Positions 10,708 to 20,037 of a stretch of 32,000 nt of DNA are shown piece by piece; position 1 is the stretch's first letter, and every line of letters begins with the position of its first letter. The stretch is from the NCBI RefSeq assembly GCF_000011805.1, contig NC_006840.2, one strand, 5' to 3'. Made by a program: the position numbers and the translations under genes. The notes beneath the pieces were generated by a model, which was not told the origin of the DNA, searched no databases, and was given only the letters and a program-made list of their open reading frames with translations. This DNA is from Aliivibrio fischeri ES114. GTDB lineage: Bacteria; Pseudomonadota; Gammaproteobacteria; Enterobacterales; Vibrionaceae.

Positions 10708-12391
10708 ACTCTTCAGTAATAAACTGCGTTATAAAACCATTAATATTTTCAACATCCGCTTTCTGAGCTAACTCAAATAAGCTTGTTACTGTTAAATTTG
10801 CTTTATTTAGCAACTCTGGTTGACTAAATACCTGCGAAACAGGCTCATCAGCTATACAATGGCTATCTGCAATAACAATTGCTCTTGTCGTATGCTCAAG
10901 AACCAAATGCATATCATGTGAAATAATAATAACGGTTAATCCAAGATCTCTATTCAACTGATTAATAAAACCAAGCATGGACGTATAATTACGATAATCT
11001 TGTCCTGCTGTTGGCTCATCAAGGATTAATAACTCAGGCTCTAATACCAAAATTGAAGCGATTGTGACTCGTTTTTTCTGACCATAACTTAAAGCATCAA
11101 TTGGCCAATGACGAAAACGGCTTAAACCACACAGTTCTAAAGCATTAAGAACTTTTTTCTCAATATCACTTTCAGATAATCCACTATTAACTAAGCCGAA
11201 AGCAACTTCATCATAAATCATATGGTGTGAGATCATGTGATTTGGGTTTTGTAGTACAACACCCACTTTCTGAGAACGCTCATAAATAGACAATTCAGAT
11301 AAGTCAGAACCACTTAACAGGATACTTCCTTGGTCAGGTTGCAAAACTCCCATGATCAGTTTAGTGATTGTTGATTTCCCCGAACCATTTTTACCAAGAA
11401 TAGAAACGAATTCGCCTTTATTCACGGTAAAACTGACATTTTCAAGTGCATTAACTTCACCATCATAAGAATACGTTAGATCCTTAATGGTTAATAACGC
11501 TTGATCTGTATCCACTAACACTTCATTGAAAGATTCTTCTTTAAACCAGTGAGTCACTTCTTTATGAAATTGAACTGAGTTTACTTCACTTAATGGCGTA
11601 ATCGGCTTTAAAGCGTCCAAAACAACGTTTGCTCGCTTTAATAACGAGATGTATAACGGCTCACGGATACCATGCTTCTCTAATAAAGGAGATTTCAATA
11701 ACGCATCAGGCGTCATATCTGCAATAATTTCTCCCTGATCCATTAAAATAATACGGTCAACCGATCTATGCAGAACATCTTCTAATCGATGCTCAATAAT
11801 AACAACGGTCTTACCGCTATTTTTATGCAGGTCATCGATAATCTCTATTGTCGCTTTACCTGTTTTTGGATCTAAACTCGCTAAAGGTTCATCAAACAAT
11901 AAAAGATCAACATCATCGACAAGAATACCACCTAGTGATACTCGTTGTTTTTGACCACCACTAAGATCATAAGGAGATTTTTTCAATAATGTCTCTAAAT
12001 CCACCATCTTTGCGGTATCACGAACTATCGGATACATTTTTGCTCTTGAAACCATCTGATTTTCAAGTGCAAAAGCGATATCTTCGCCCACAGTTAACCC
12101 TACAAACTGGCTATCTGTATCTTGTAAAACCGTACCTACGTTTTCGGTATACTGCTCAATCTTCCATTCAGATACATTCGTATCATTAATCGTCAATTGA
12201 CCTTGTGATTCACCTTTAATGGTGTGCGGAATTAGGCCATTTAGACACTGACCTAATGTTGATTTGCCGCTTCCACTTGGTCCTATAATTAGGATCTTTT
12301 CACCTTGCTCTATCCTTAGATTAATATTTTTCAGCGTCGGTTTATCCTGTGACGCATATCGAAAAGAGAAATTAGAAAAGGTTACGCTCAT
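10682..12391 (-). CDS. ECF transporter ATP-binding protein with two fused ABC domains
   Basis: Two Walker A motifs (GPSGSGKST, GKNGSGKST), two signature motifs (LSGGQKQR, LSYGQKKR), two Walker B motifs (LLLFDEPLA, LLILDEPTA). Confidence 0.92.
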   Translation of the reverse strand: MSVTFSNFSFRYASQDKPTLKNINLRIEQGEKILIIGPSGSGKSTLGQCLNGLIPHTIKGESQGQLTINDTNVSEWKIEQYTENVGTVLQDTDSQFVGLTVGEDIAFALENQMVSRAKMYPIVRDTAKMVDLETLLKKSPYDLSGGQKQRVSLGGILVDDVDLLLFDEPLASLDPKTGKATIEIIDDLHKNSGKTVVIIEHRLEDVLHRSVDRIILMDQGEIIADMTPDALLKSPLLEKHGIREPLYISLLKRANVVLDALKPITPLSEVNSVQFHKEVTHWFKEESFNEVLVDTDQALLTIKDLTYSYDGEVNALENVSFTVNKGEFVSILGKNGSGKSTITKLIMGVLQPDQGSILLSGSDLSELSIYERSQKVGVVLQNPNHMISHHMIYDEVAFGLVNSGLSESDIEKKVLNALELCGLSRFRHWPIDALSYGQKKRVTIASILVLEPELLILDEPTAGQDYRNYTSMLGFINQLNRDLGLTVIIISHDMHLVLEHTTRAIVIADSHCIADEPVSQVFSQPELLNKANLTVTSLFELAQKADVENINGFITQFITEECESTKNVH

Positions 12392-12394
12392 TAA

Positions 12395-12946
12395 TTATGG
12401 CGCCTCTGTTAAATTAGTACTTTGTTTTTTACGCTTCGCTAAATTGTTTAAAATAAAATAGCCAACAATTGCGATTAAGAACGTATTACCTGCTGCAATA
12501 ATACACAGTTGCATAAATACTTTTGTAAATGGTTCTGCATATAAAATAGTATCTAAGAATGCAGAAGTACCATAACCGAACACATTGCCGAAAAAAGCTA
12601 ATACAACAAAAATTAAGAAGTCTTTCTTATCAAATAAACCCGATTCAATTCTATTCTTGGTAATGATTGGAAATAAACCAATAATCATACCAACAATACC
12701 CGAGCCTAATACCCATGTAAGCCAAACGCCCCAACCTGCAAATAGATCAGTCACCCAGTGACCGATAAAACCAACCAGAAAGCCTACGATTGGACCATAT
12801 AGCACAGAGAATAGTGCTAGCACAGCCATAGCGGGTTTTAATGTTGTGTTTGCGAAGACTGGAATACCAAACATTGGTAAACCACCAATACCATATAGCG
12901 CAGCGCCTATAGCAATAACAACAACAGTTTTAGCAGAAAGGTTCAT
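12395..12946 (-). CDS. ECF transporter substrate-specificity (S) component, UPF0397-like
   Basis: Small multi-TM protein 4 nt upstream of the ECF ATPase; [46 protein letters not shown] resembles UPF0397 (from memory). Confidence 0.85.
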   Translation of the reverse strand: MNLSAKTVVVIAIGAALYGIGGLPMFGIPVFANTTLKPAMAVLALFSVLYGPIVGFLVGFIGHWVTDLFAGWGVWLTWVLGSGIVGMIIGLFPIITKNRIESGLFDKKDFLIFVVLAFFGNVFGYGTSAFLDTILYAEPFTKVFMQLCIIAAGNTFLIAIVGYFILNNLAKRKKQSTNLTEAP

Positions 12947-13067
12947 AGTGTTCGCCTTGAAGCAAAAGTGAGATTATAGGAAAGAAAGGCGCGCATTATA
13001 CAGTAACTCACTCGGTTTGGAAATGTTTACATCTAGACGGCTATATGTTTTTTATATAAAAAAGCTC

Positions 13068-13085
13068 ACTAGCATAGTGAGCTTA
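13068..13085 (-). terminator. Rho-independent terminator of the 13103..15271 lipoprotein gene
   Basis: aagctcact-agcat-agtgagctt with T-run on the minus strand. Confidence 0.8.
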
Positions 13086-13102
13086 AAAATCATAAATTTT
13101 TA

Positions 13103-15271
13103 CTATCGTTCATATATCGACATATTATATTTTTCAGTATTTAGATTTGAAGAAAAAACAAAAATATAACGATTATCTTCCGAGAACTGTATTTCTTTAA
13201 TAAACATATTCTCTTCATTAACAACCAATGGTAAATCTAGTGTAAAAAATGCACCTTCATCTGATTGAATATCATATATATCGATTTTCCTTTCACTGAA
13301 GTCATAATGAGCAGCCAAAGTCCCATCTAATGAAACAAAAGTGCGATTCCATACATCATCATTCAATCCAACGCTTCCAATCGCAATAGCTTCACGATTA
13401 TAAATTCTATTTTGGAAAGATACTCGCTCACCAGTAGCGCTAATCGAAAATGAGTCCAAGTAAAAAGCATAACTACTGTTCGTATTTAATTCATTAAATT
13501 TATTATTTCGTACATCATAGACATAAGCATTTCTTGGAGAAGATATACCTGTCGAGTCTGTCCATATCAAGTGCGTTCCATTCTTACTCAATATAGCATT
13601 AGGCGAATAAACGTTTGGATAATTGACTGTCGCTAATTCCCAATTTGGATAATTGTAAATACTAGGCCATTGATTTGTATCAATAACAACGGTTTCTCCC
13701 GTGTAATATTGGCCAATAAAGCCAAAGTCCATGTAACCACAATGTGTGACACTTGGTGCATCCACAGTCACTTTTGTATCCAAATCAATTTTCGTCATAG
13801 AGCATGAAACACTGGACGTTAATAGCTGTGTACCATTATCAATAATCGCTAGTCCCTTAGGGCTCTCTCCTACAATTTGTTCGACTATCCATTGCTCATT
13901 GTCATGAGAAATTTCATATAATAGATTGGTCCAATTTGAGTAACTTCTAAAATAAAAGCGCTCCCTTTCTGAATCATAAATAACTTTTGATGCTGGATTT
14001 TCTGGCAAGTTTATTGACACAACGGGAAATACAGGGGCATGACGAACAACAACTCTTGCTTCTCCTCGTAAATAATCTAGGCTATTTTCAATAACAAAGT
14101 TAATCTCTTGCTCTGTTGCATTAGCTTTGATATTAAGCTCAACTTCATTATCACTAATATAATTGACCGATTGAATAGTTGAAGTAAATGCTTTGAAGTC
14201 CTCCTCTGTTAATGACATCAAATTATTACCCCAGACTCTTACGGTAACCTCATCTGATGTATAAAGAACATACGGAGAAATCTGTTGAATATCAGTAAAA
14301 TCTATCTCTACATCAAACTCAATTTTACGTGTTTTTGGGGACAGTAGGTCACCATATTGATATTCAAACTCAATCCATTGTTGATATATTCCGTTACTTT
14401 GAGATAACAGATCAAATTCAAGACTAACATCAACATTATTTAAATTCTGAGTAACAGAGATCATAGAGCTTGAGTCAATAACATTCCATATAACACCTTC
14501 ACTGGTAGGAGTAACAGGGATAGTCATATTTAATTCAGATGCTATCGTTTCGTTATTTATCGTTAGCTTGTTTACCGTATCAATATTAAATTCAGGTTCT
14601 GTTATAAGATAAACAATTTTCACTTTTCTAAAGCGATAATTTTGATCTAAAAACTCAATATATCCGATATGCTCTCCAACACTCAGATCTGTTTTAATGA
14701 TCTTAGCTTTGTATTGATTATTAACAACTTCAACATCTAACCAATCCCAATCACTAAATGCACCATAAGTGATATAAGTATTGTTTCCTTCAACTGGTCC
14801 CGAATCTGAAACGGAAATCATACTTTCTAAAGTTACATTTTGCTTTCCTACAACTGCAGTAAAGAAAAGTGGCTCTTTTACTGTTAATTCAATAGGTACA
14901 TCTTTATATGCTACGCTATCATTGCTGTATGCCGTTACAAATCGTAATGCCGAGTTATAAACTCCTGTATCAACATTGCCATGTAAGTAAACTCGAAAAA
15001 CAGCCTGATTTGAGGTTATGCTTTGTTTATCTGCTCCTAGCCAAATAGGAACTTCATTTACTCCCTTAGGCATTCCGACCAATACACCTTCGCCTTGATA
15101 ATTTACTGTGACATCGACTTCATAAATATCACCTTGATATACAGACGCCGTAATTTGACTGACATTTAATGTTATGGAAGCAGTTCCTCCTCCTCCATCG
15201 TCATCACTGCCACCACATCCCACTAAAAACAAACTTAATAAAGTAAATACGAATTTCTGTAGGTATCTCAT
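13103..15271 (-). CDS. Large predicted lipoprotein of unknown function (722 aa)
   Basis: Lipobox LFLVGCGG followed by a D/G-rich linker; tandem beta-rich segments then a C-terminal region with WD/propeller-like strands (inference). Confidence 0.7.
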   Translation of the reverse strand: MRYLQKFVFTLLSLFLVGCGGSDDDGGGGTASITLNVSQITASVYQGDIYEVDVTVNYQGEGVLVGMPKGVNEVPIWLGADKQSITSNQAVFRVYLHGNVDTGVYNSALRFVTAYSNDSVAYKDVPIELTVKEPLFFTAVVGKQNVTLESMISVSDSGPVEGNNTYITYGAFSDWDWLDVEVVNNQYKAKIIKTDLSVGEHIGYIEFLDQNYRFRKVKIVYLITEPEFNIDTVNKLTINNETIASELNMTIPVTPTSEGVIWNVIDSSSMISVTQNLNNVDVSLEFDLLSQSNGIYQQWIEFEYQYGDLLSPKTRKIEFDVEIDFTDIQQISPYVLYTSDEVTVRVWGNNLMSLTEEDFKAFTSTIQSVNYISDNEVELNIKANATEQEINFVIENSLDYLRGEARVVVRHAPVFPVVSINLPENPASKVIYDSERERFYFRSYSNWTNLLYEISHDNEQWIVEQIVGESPKGLAIIDNGTQLLTSSVSCSMTKIDLDTKVTVDAPSVTHCGYMDFGFIGQYYTGETVVIDTNQWPSIYNYPNWELATVNYPNVYSPNAILSKNGTHLIWTDSTGISSPRNAYVYDVRNNKFNELNTNSSYAFYLDSFSISATGERVSFQNRIYNREAIAIGSVGLNDDVWNRTFVSLDGTLAAHYDFSERKIDIYDIQSDEGAFFTLDLPLVVNEENMFIKEIQFSEDNRYIFVFSSNLNTEKYNMSIYER

Positions 15272-15522
15272 TTTATTCCCTTAAATTGATAACCAATAAT
15301 GCGTAATTTTATCGTTTATCTAACAACGTACTTACTTTGTTTTTATACAAAAAAATAACTTTAGGGCTGAGATAACATGATACTAACTAACAATTTTATA
15401 AGTTGCATATAAAGTGTCGATTAGAATCCGCTTAAAACAAAAATAGATAACAATGAAAGCAAATAGTAAGTAGGTATGAAGATAGCTGTATGGATTATTG
15501 TGAAATGACGCTTTTGCAGGAA

Positions 15523-15554
15523 TAAAAAAGGCTCATCATTTCTGATGAGCCTTC
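15523..15554 (-). terminator. Rho-independent terminator of the tRNA operon
   Basis: On the minus strand AAGGCTCATCA-GAAA-TGATGAGCC followed by a T-run. Confidence 0.9.
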
Positions 15555-15562
15555 TTAAAAGA

Positions 15563-15649
15563 TGGTGCCCCGGGCCGGACTTGAACCGGCACAGCGCGAA
15601 CGCCGAGGGATTTTAAATCCCTTGTGTCTACCAATTCCACCACCAGGGC
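15563..15649 (-). tRNA. tRNA-Leu (anticodon UAA), copy 1
   Basis: 87 nt: GCCCTGGTGGTGGAATTGGTAGACACAAGGGATTTAAAATCCCTCGGCGTTCGCGCTGTGCCGGTTCAAGTCCGGCCCGGGGCACCA; cloverleaf with long variable arm, encoded CCA. Confidence 0.97.
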
Positions 15650-15726
15650 ACGCAATTTCTTGCGATGCCGATTACTGAAAAGTAAAACACCATCTGTAAT
15701 TACCGCTATTGCAGTAATTTTTAATT

Positions 15727-15802
15727 TGGAGCGACACACGAGGTTCGAACTCGTGACCTCAACCTTGGCAAGGTTGCGCTCTACCAGCTGAGCTAGTGTC
15801 GC
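15727..15802 (-). tRNA. tRNA-Gly (anticodon GCC), copy 1
   Basis: 76 nt: GCGACACTAGCTCAGCTGGTAGAGCGCAACCTTGCCAAGGTTGAGGTCACGAGTTCGAACCTCGTGTGTCGCTCCA. Confidence 0.97.
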
Positions 15803-15816
15803 ATTGCATAAAGAAA

Positions 15817-15890
15817 TGGAGGCGCCTCCCGGAATCGAACCGAGGTCCACGGATTTGCAATCCGCTGCATAGCCACTCTGCCAAGGCGCC
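15817..15890 (-). tRNA. tRNA-Cys (anticodon GCA), copy 1
   Basis: 74 nt: GGCGCCTTGGCAGAGTGGCTATGCAGCGGATTGCAAATCCGTGGACCTCGGTTCGATTCCGGGAGGCGCCTCCA. Confidence 0.97.
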
Positions 15891-15930
15891 ATTCTTTATA
15901 TTAAGTTGCTTATCCAAGTAAGCTAATAGA

Positions 15931-16017
15931 TGGTGCCCCGGGCCGGACTTGAACCGGCACAGCGCGAACGCCGAGGGATTTTAAATCCCTTGTGTCTACC
16001 AATTCCACCACCAGGGC
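15931..16017 (-). tRNA. tRNA-Leu (anticodon UAA), copy 2
   Basis: Identical 87 nt sequence to copy 1. Confidence 0.97.
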
Positions 16018-16129
16018 ACGCAATTTCTTGCGATGCCGATTACTGAAAAGTAAAACACCATCTGTAACTACCGCTATTGCAGTAATTTTTAATTTGTAGA
16101 AAAAAGCTAACGCTTTTTACTTTAAAATT

Positions 16130-16205
16130 TGGAGCGACACACGAGGTTCGAACTCGTGACCTCAACCTTGGCAAGGTTGCGCTCTACCAGCTGAGCTAGT
16201 GTCGC
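16130..16205 (-). tRNA. tRNA-Gly (anticodon GCC), copy 2
   Basis: Identical 76 nt sequence to copy 1. Confidence 0.97.
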
Positions 16206-16218
16206 ATTACATAAAGAA

Positions 16219-16292
16219 TGGAGGCGCCTCCCGGAATCGAACCGAGGTCCACGGATTTGCAATCCGCTGCATAGCCACTCTGCCAAGGCGCC
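16219..16292 (-). tRNA. tRNA-Cys (anticodon GCA), copy 2
   Basis: Identical 74 nt sequence to copy 1. Confidence 0.97.
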
Positions 16293-16302
16293 ATCTCTTT
16301 AC

Positions 16303-16337
16303 GGGGCTTAATGTAACTGATTTAAAAAAAGAGTCAA
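16303..16337 (-). promoter_or_regulatory. Candidate sigma70 promoter of the tRNA operon with GC-rich discriminator
   Basis: On the minus strand TTGACT (16337-16332), 16 nt spacer, TACATT (16315-16310), then AAGCCCCG just upstream of the first tRNA-Cys. Confidence 0.6.
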
Positions 16338-16419
16338 ATAAAAATTAGTATTTAACTCTCCGTTTGTAGACTTTATCGCCAAAATGCTGACAAATCAGCT
16401 AACATGTTGAAAAAACGGT

Positions 16420-17364
16420 CTATTTTGGTCGCCATACTTTTATTTCAGATTGTGGCTTACCTTGCTCTTTACGATCATTTTTACGCTTAGGTGCCGATTT
16501 GCTAAAACGCCCTTCTTTGGCTTTTTCACGACGATTTTCTTTAAACGTATTATTTGAATGATGATTTCTTCCTGAACTCGCTTTTTTCAATACACGAACT
16601 TTACCATCAATTTCTTTTACTTTGCGAGACGCTTCTTCAGTCTTACTTGATGTTCCAATCATTCCGTTTAGCTGGTCCATCTCAGCTTGACTTAAATAAC
16701 GCCATTCTCCAGAAGCAAGCTTACCTAGATCAATATTCATAATACGAACACGTTTTAATTTGAATACTTCATAATCTAAGTACTCACACATTCTACGAAT
16801 TTGACGATTCAATCCTTGAGTCAAAGTGATACGAAATACAAATCGAGATTCTTGCTTAATCTTACATGGCAAAGTTACCGTATCTAGGATCGGTACACCA
16901 GCGGCCATTTTTTGTAAAAACTCATCAGTGATTGGCTTATCAACACGAACCACATATTCTTTTTCATGGGCATTACCCGCTCGCAGGATCTTATTTACAA
17001 TATCGCCATCATTGGTTAAGAATATTAAACCATCTGACGGTTTATCCAATCGACCAATAGGAAAAATACGTTGCTCATGATTGATGTAATCAACAATATT
17101 ACCTTCAACATGTCGCTCTGTCGTACAAGTAATTCCAACAGGCTTATTAAAAGCAATATAAATGCGATCTTGTTTCTCTTTTAACGGCTTCCCATCAACC
17201 AAAACTTCATCGCCATCAGCTACTTTCGTTCCCATCTCAGGGATCTTGCCATTAATCGTAATACGTTGTTGATCGATAAGTTTATCGGCTTCTCTTCGTG
17301 AGCAATATCCCGTATCACTAATAAATTTATTCAGACGGGTTAATTTAGGTTCTGGTGATGTCAT
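16420..17364 (-). CDS. rluF: 23S rRNA pseudouridine(2604) synthase RluF
   Basis: S4 domain ([22 protein letters not shown]), [18 protein letters not shown] catalytic motif, [22 protein letters not shown], basic C-terminal tail. Start adjusted from 17376 to the internal Met before TSPEPK. Confidence 0.9.
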   Translation of the reverse strand: MTSPEPKLTRLNKFISDTGYCSRREADKLIDQQRITINGKIPEMGTKVADGDEVLVDGKPLKEKQDRIYIAFNKPVGITCTTERHVEGNIVDYINHEQRIFPIGRLDKPSDGLIFLTNDGDIVNKILRAGNAHEKEYVVRVDKPITDEFLQKMAAGVPILDTVTLPCKIKQESRFVFRITLTQGLNRQIRRMCEYLDYEVFKLKRVRIMNIDLGKLASGEWRYLSQAEMDQLNGMIGTSSKTEEASRKVKEIDGKVRVLKKASSGRNHHSNNTFKENRREKAKEGRFSKSAPKRKNDRKEQGKPQSEIKVWRPK

Positions 17365-17476
17365 GATGTACCTCAAAAAAGTGAACAGCCGCAGTGTATC
17401 AGAAACGAATAAATATCCAATAAAAAAGCACCCTAAACCAATGCTTAGGGTGCTTTACTACAACGTAAATAAATAA

Positions 17477-18922
17477 TTATTTCGTTTCAATATCAGTGTC
17501 AGTTGTCTTTACCTGCTCACTAGTCTCATTTACTGTTGTCTCTATTGCAGCAGGCTCAACTTTAGTCTCAGTGCTTTCTACTGGCACCACTTCAGTATTA
17601 TCGGTGGTAGTTGTTGTCCCTTCTTCTTTCACCGCTTCTTGAGCCTGAACTGTTTCAAGCACTGGAAACGTCTGCTTTTCAACATCAGATGGGGCTTCAT
17701 TAGCTTCTTTATTTACTGTTGCCTTTTCTGCCTCTTCTTTTGCTTTATATGTTGCAATTACGCTGTTTAAGTTATTTATTAAATTATCATTTCGTTCTAA
17801 TTGTTGCGTTAATACTAGAACTTGTTTTTGAACATTTGCTCTTGCATCTGTTTGCTTCTCAATCGTACCGTTTAATGTTTCGATTTCTGAATTTAACTCT
17901 TTAATCTTCTTCTCTAAATCAGCTGTATTATTTATAGCATGCATTTGTTGTACAGCAGATAAGATCTCTGTTGTTTGCATACGTAATGGCTGATCACGGT
18001 AATCATCCCCATTTATTGCTTGTGAAATTGATAACAGTTTATTTTCAAATTCTAAAACCGATTGTTCAAATTGACCATTCTTTACTGCTTTTAATAACTT
18101 AACTTCAGCAGCCATATTTTTTAAGTGATCTAATTGAAAACGAGTTTTAGCAACTACATCGGCAATTAAATCTTGATCTCTATTATTTGCTTGAACTGCT
18201 TTTTTCGTTTTATCCAGTTCTGCTTTTGTTTGTCCATAACTAATAGGTGCAATGGCTTTAAAGCCTTTTTGCGTCAATTGAGAAAATTCTTTTTCTAATG
18301 GCTTAACATGAATTGTTAATGAGGTATCAATCTCAATCACTTTTGCTTTTGTTAGAAACTCAGCTTGTTCAGTTTGAGCTTCAGCAATGTCTTCTTCAAT
18401 TACAGTTACAAACAAAGCTTTATATTGATTGTATAGGCTAGAGAAGTCTTGCGGATAATATTTTGCAACATCTATAGATTGCATATAGTTCATTTGCGCA
18501 ATGGCATCAGACAAAACTGTATCAGCTTTATTCTTATACGTTTTTAATTTATCTAACTGTAAATTAGCACTCTTAATTAATGCGATATATTTTGCGGAGT
18601 AAGAACCTGAAGAGAACATCGAATACTCTTCATTTATTAATGCTGGCTCTTGCTCTACTTCAAGATAAATTTCTTTTGCTTCATTCCATTCATCCATCAT
18701 TAGGCTATATGAATCTTCTGAGTAAATTTTAAACTCAGCGGCTGAATCAAATACGGTTTTATCAAGATTATATTGTTTCTGTAGCGCCTCAAATGTTGAA
18801 ACTACAGGCGTATTTATTTCTGATGTTTGTTCTACTGCTGTTGTCTCTTCGTTTGTACTTTGACAACCAACCACGCTCATCAATGCTGAAGCAACCACTG
18901 CTATTTTGAAATATTGTTTCAT
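17477..18922 (-). CDS. Predicted lipoprotein with extended coiled-coil segments, unknown function
   Basis: Signal peptide with lipobox MSVVGCQST; long heptad-rich region (IKELNSEIETLNGTIEKQTDARANVQKQVLVLTQQLE) and a low-complexity Thr/Glu-rich tail. Confidence 0.7.
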   Translation of the reverse strand: MKQYFKIAVVASALMSVVGCQSTNEETTAVEQTSEINTPVVSTFEALQKQYNLDKTVFDSAAEFKIYSEDSYSLMMDEWNEAKEIYLEVEQEPALINEEYSMFSSGSYSAKYIALIKSANLQLDKLKTYKNKADTVLSDAIAQMNYMQSIDVAKYYPQDFSSLYNQYKALFVTVIEEDIAEAQTEQAEFLTKAKVIEIDTSLTIHVKPLEKEFSQLTQKGFKAIAPISYGQTKAELDKTKKAVQANNRDQDLIADVVAKTRFQLDHLKNMAAEVKLLKAVKNGQFEQSVLEFENKLLSISQAINGDDYRDQPLRMQTTEILSAVQQMHAINNTADLEKKIKELNSEIETLNGTIEKQTDARANVQKQVLVLTQQLERNDNLINNLNSVIATYKAKEEAEKATVNKEANEAPSDVEKQTFPVLETVQAQEAVKEEGTTTTTDNTEVVPVESTETKVEPAAIETTVNETSEQVKTTDTDIETK

Positions 18923-19044
18923 CCTAAATCCACATCTTTATTATTAGACACTTGTCTTATTTATTGGAAGAGCGATATTACTATAACATTTCAATTTAAT
19001 CAGCATTACGTATGTAAAAAAACAAAACATAAAATTCAGGCATA

Positions 19045-19073
19045 AAAAAGCCGCTCATAGTATGAGCGGCCAA
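19045..19073 (-). terminator. Rho-independent terminator of torR
   Basis: gccgctcata-gta-tgagcggc with T-run on the minus strand. Confidence 0.8.
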
Positions 19074-19101
19074 ATCAAAAAATTAACTATATTAATTAAA
19101 A

Positions 19102-19800
19102 TTAGTCACCTGCGAACATGTAACCTTCACCGTGAACAGTAACAAAGATTTGTGGGTTTTTAGGATCCACTTCCATCTTTGCTCTCATACGTCTAATTAA
19201 TACGTCAATTGTTCTATCATTTGGTGCATCAACACGATGGCTGATCATATTTAAAATACGTTCACGTGATAAAACCGTATTAGGGTAAGAAGACAACGCA
19301 ACTAACAATTCATATTCGGCTTTAGTTAATTTAACTGGTTCACCGTTATTTGATAATGCTCTACGTTGAATATCAAATGTCCATTCACCAAAACGAACAA
19401 CGTTAGACTCATCTAACTCAACTGGCTCGTTTGCAAGTGACATACGCCAAAATAGATTTTTAACGCGTACAAGTAATTCACGTAACTCAACTGGTTTCGT
19501 TACGTAATCGTCAGCACCCATCTCTAGGCCAACGATTCGATCAATACTATCTGTACGTCCTGTTACTAAAATAATACCAATATTGGATTGGCTACGTAAT
19601 TCACGCGCCAACAATAAACCGTCCTCTCCTGGTAGGTTTATATCAAGCATAATTAAATCAACTTTTTGTTCAGCTAAAATAGAACGCATTTCTGCACCTG
19701 TTTCAGCCTCGCTCACTTGATATCCCTCGGCTTCAAAGTAGCCTACAAGTTTAGAGCGAGTTACCACTTCGTCTTCAACAACTAAAATGTGATAGCTCAT
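19102..19800 (-). CDS. torR: OmpR-family response regulator TorR
   Basis: LDINLPGEDGLLLARELR, GIILVTGRTDSIDRIVGLEMGADDYVTKPVELRELLVRVKNLFWR closely follows TorR (rather than ArcA); C-terminal winged helix; adjacent to torD. Confidence 0.87.
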   Translation of the reverse strand: MSYHILVVEDEVVTRSKLVGYFEAEGYQVSEAETGAEMRSILAEQKVDLIMLDINLPGEDGLLLARELRSQSNIGIILVTGRTDSIDRIVGLEMGADDYVTKPVELRELLVRVKNLFWRMSLANEPVELDESNVVRFGEWTFDIQRRALSNNGEPVKLTKAEYELLVALSSYPNTVLSRERILNMISHRVDAPNDRTIDVLIRRMRAKMEVDPKNPQIFVTVHGEGYMFAGD

Positions 19801-20037
19801 AATCTTCTCTTTATTTTTGGTTATTTGGATAGTTCTTATCTTATTCTATTCATAATCTGTAATAATGCCAATTCTCAATTGATATTTCTGTATTTTATTT
19901 GATTCAAAACAATTATTAATAAAAATTGAGCTTTAACCTTTACAAACATCTTTATACACCCTGTTAATGATAGGTGCTATTCCTTTTCATACTTATCCAG
20001 TACAATTTAGGAATAATTTTTTTGGAGCATAAGATAA

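Larger units (their letters stand above)
15563..16292 (-). repeat. Tandem duplication of the Cys-Gly-Leu tRNA cassette, including the Gly-Leu spacer
   Basis: 15563..15890 repeated at 15931..16292; the Gly-Leu spacers (cgcaatttcttgcgatgccgattactgaaaagtaaaacaccatctgtaa[t/c]taccgctattgcagtaatttttaattt) differ by one substitution and a 35 bp segment. Confidence 0.93.

Noticed and set aside
12947-13067. Searched for a vitamin or metabolite riboswitch upstream of the ECF transporter operon
   Set aside because: The leader is short and lacks any aptamer consensus I recognise (TPP, FMN, cobalamin, SAM)
15536-15892. 118-aa ORF on the minus strand (MAPWQSGYAADCKSVDLGSIPGG...)
   Set aside because: It is a translation through the tRNA-Cys, tRNA-Gly and tRNA-Leu genes; the peptide is simply the tRNA sequence read in frame, a common false annotation
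15563-16292. Regularly spaced repeats considered as a possible CRISPR or mobile element footprint
   Set aside because: The repeats are the tRNA genes themselves and their spacer; no short direct repeats with unique spacers, no integrase and no cas genes nearby
19102-19800. Response regulator initially considered as ArcA
   Set aside because: The receiver motif GIILVTGRTDSIDRIVGLEMGADDYVTKPVELREL and the adjacent torD fit TorR better
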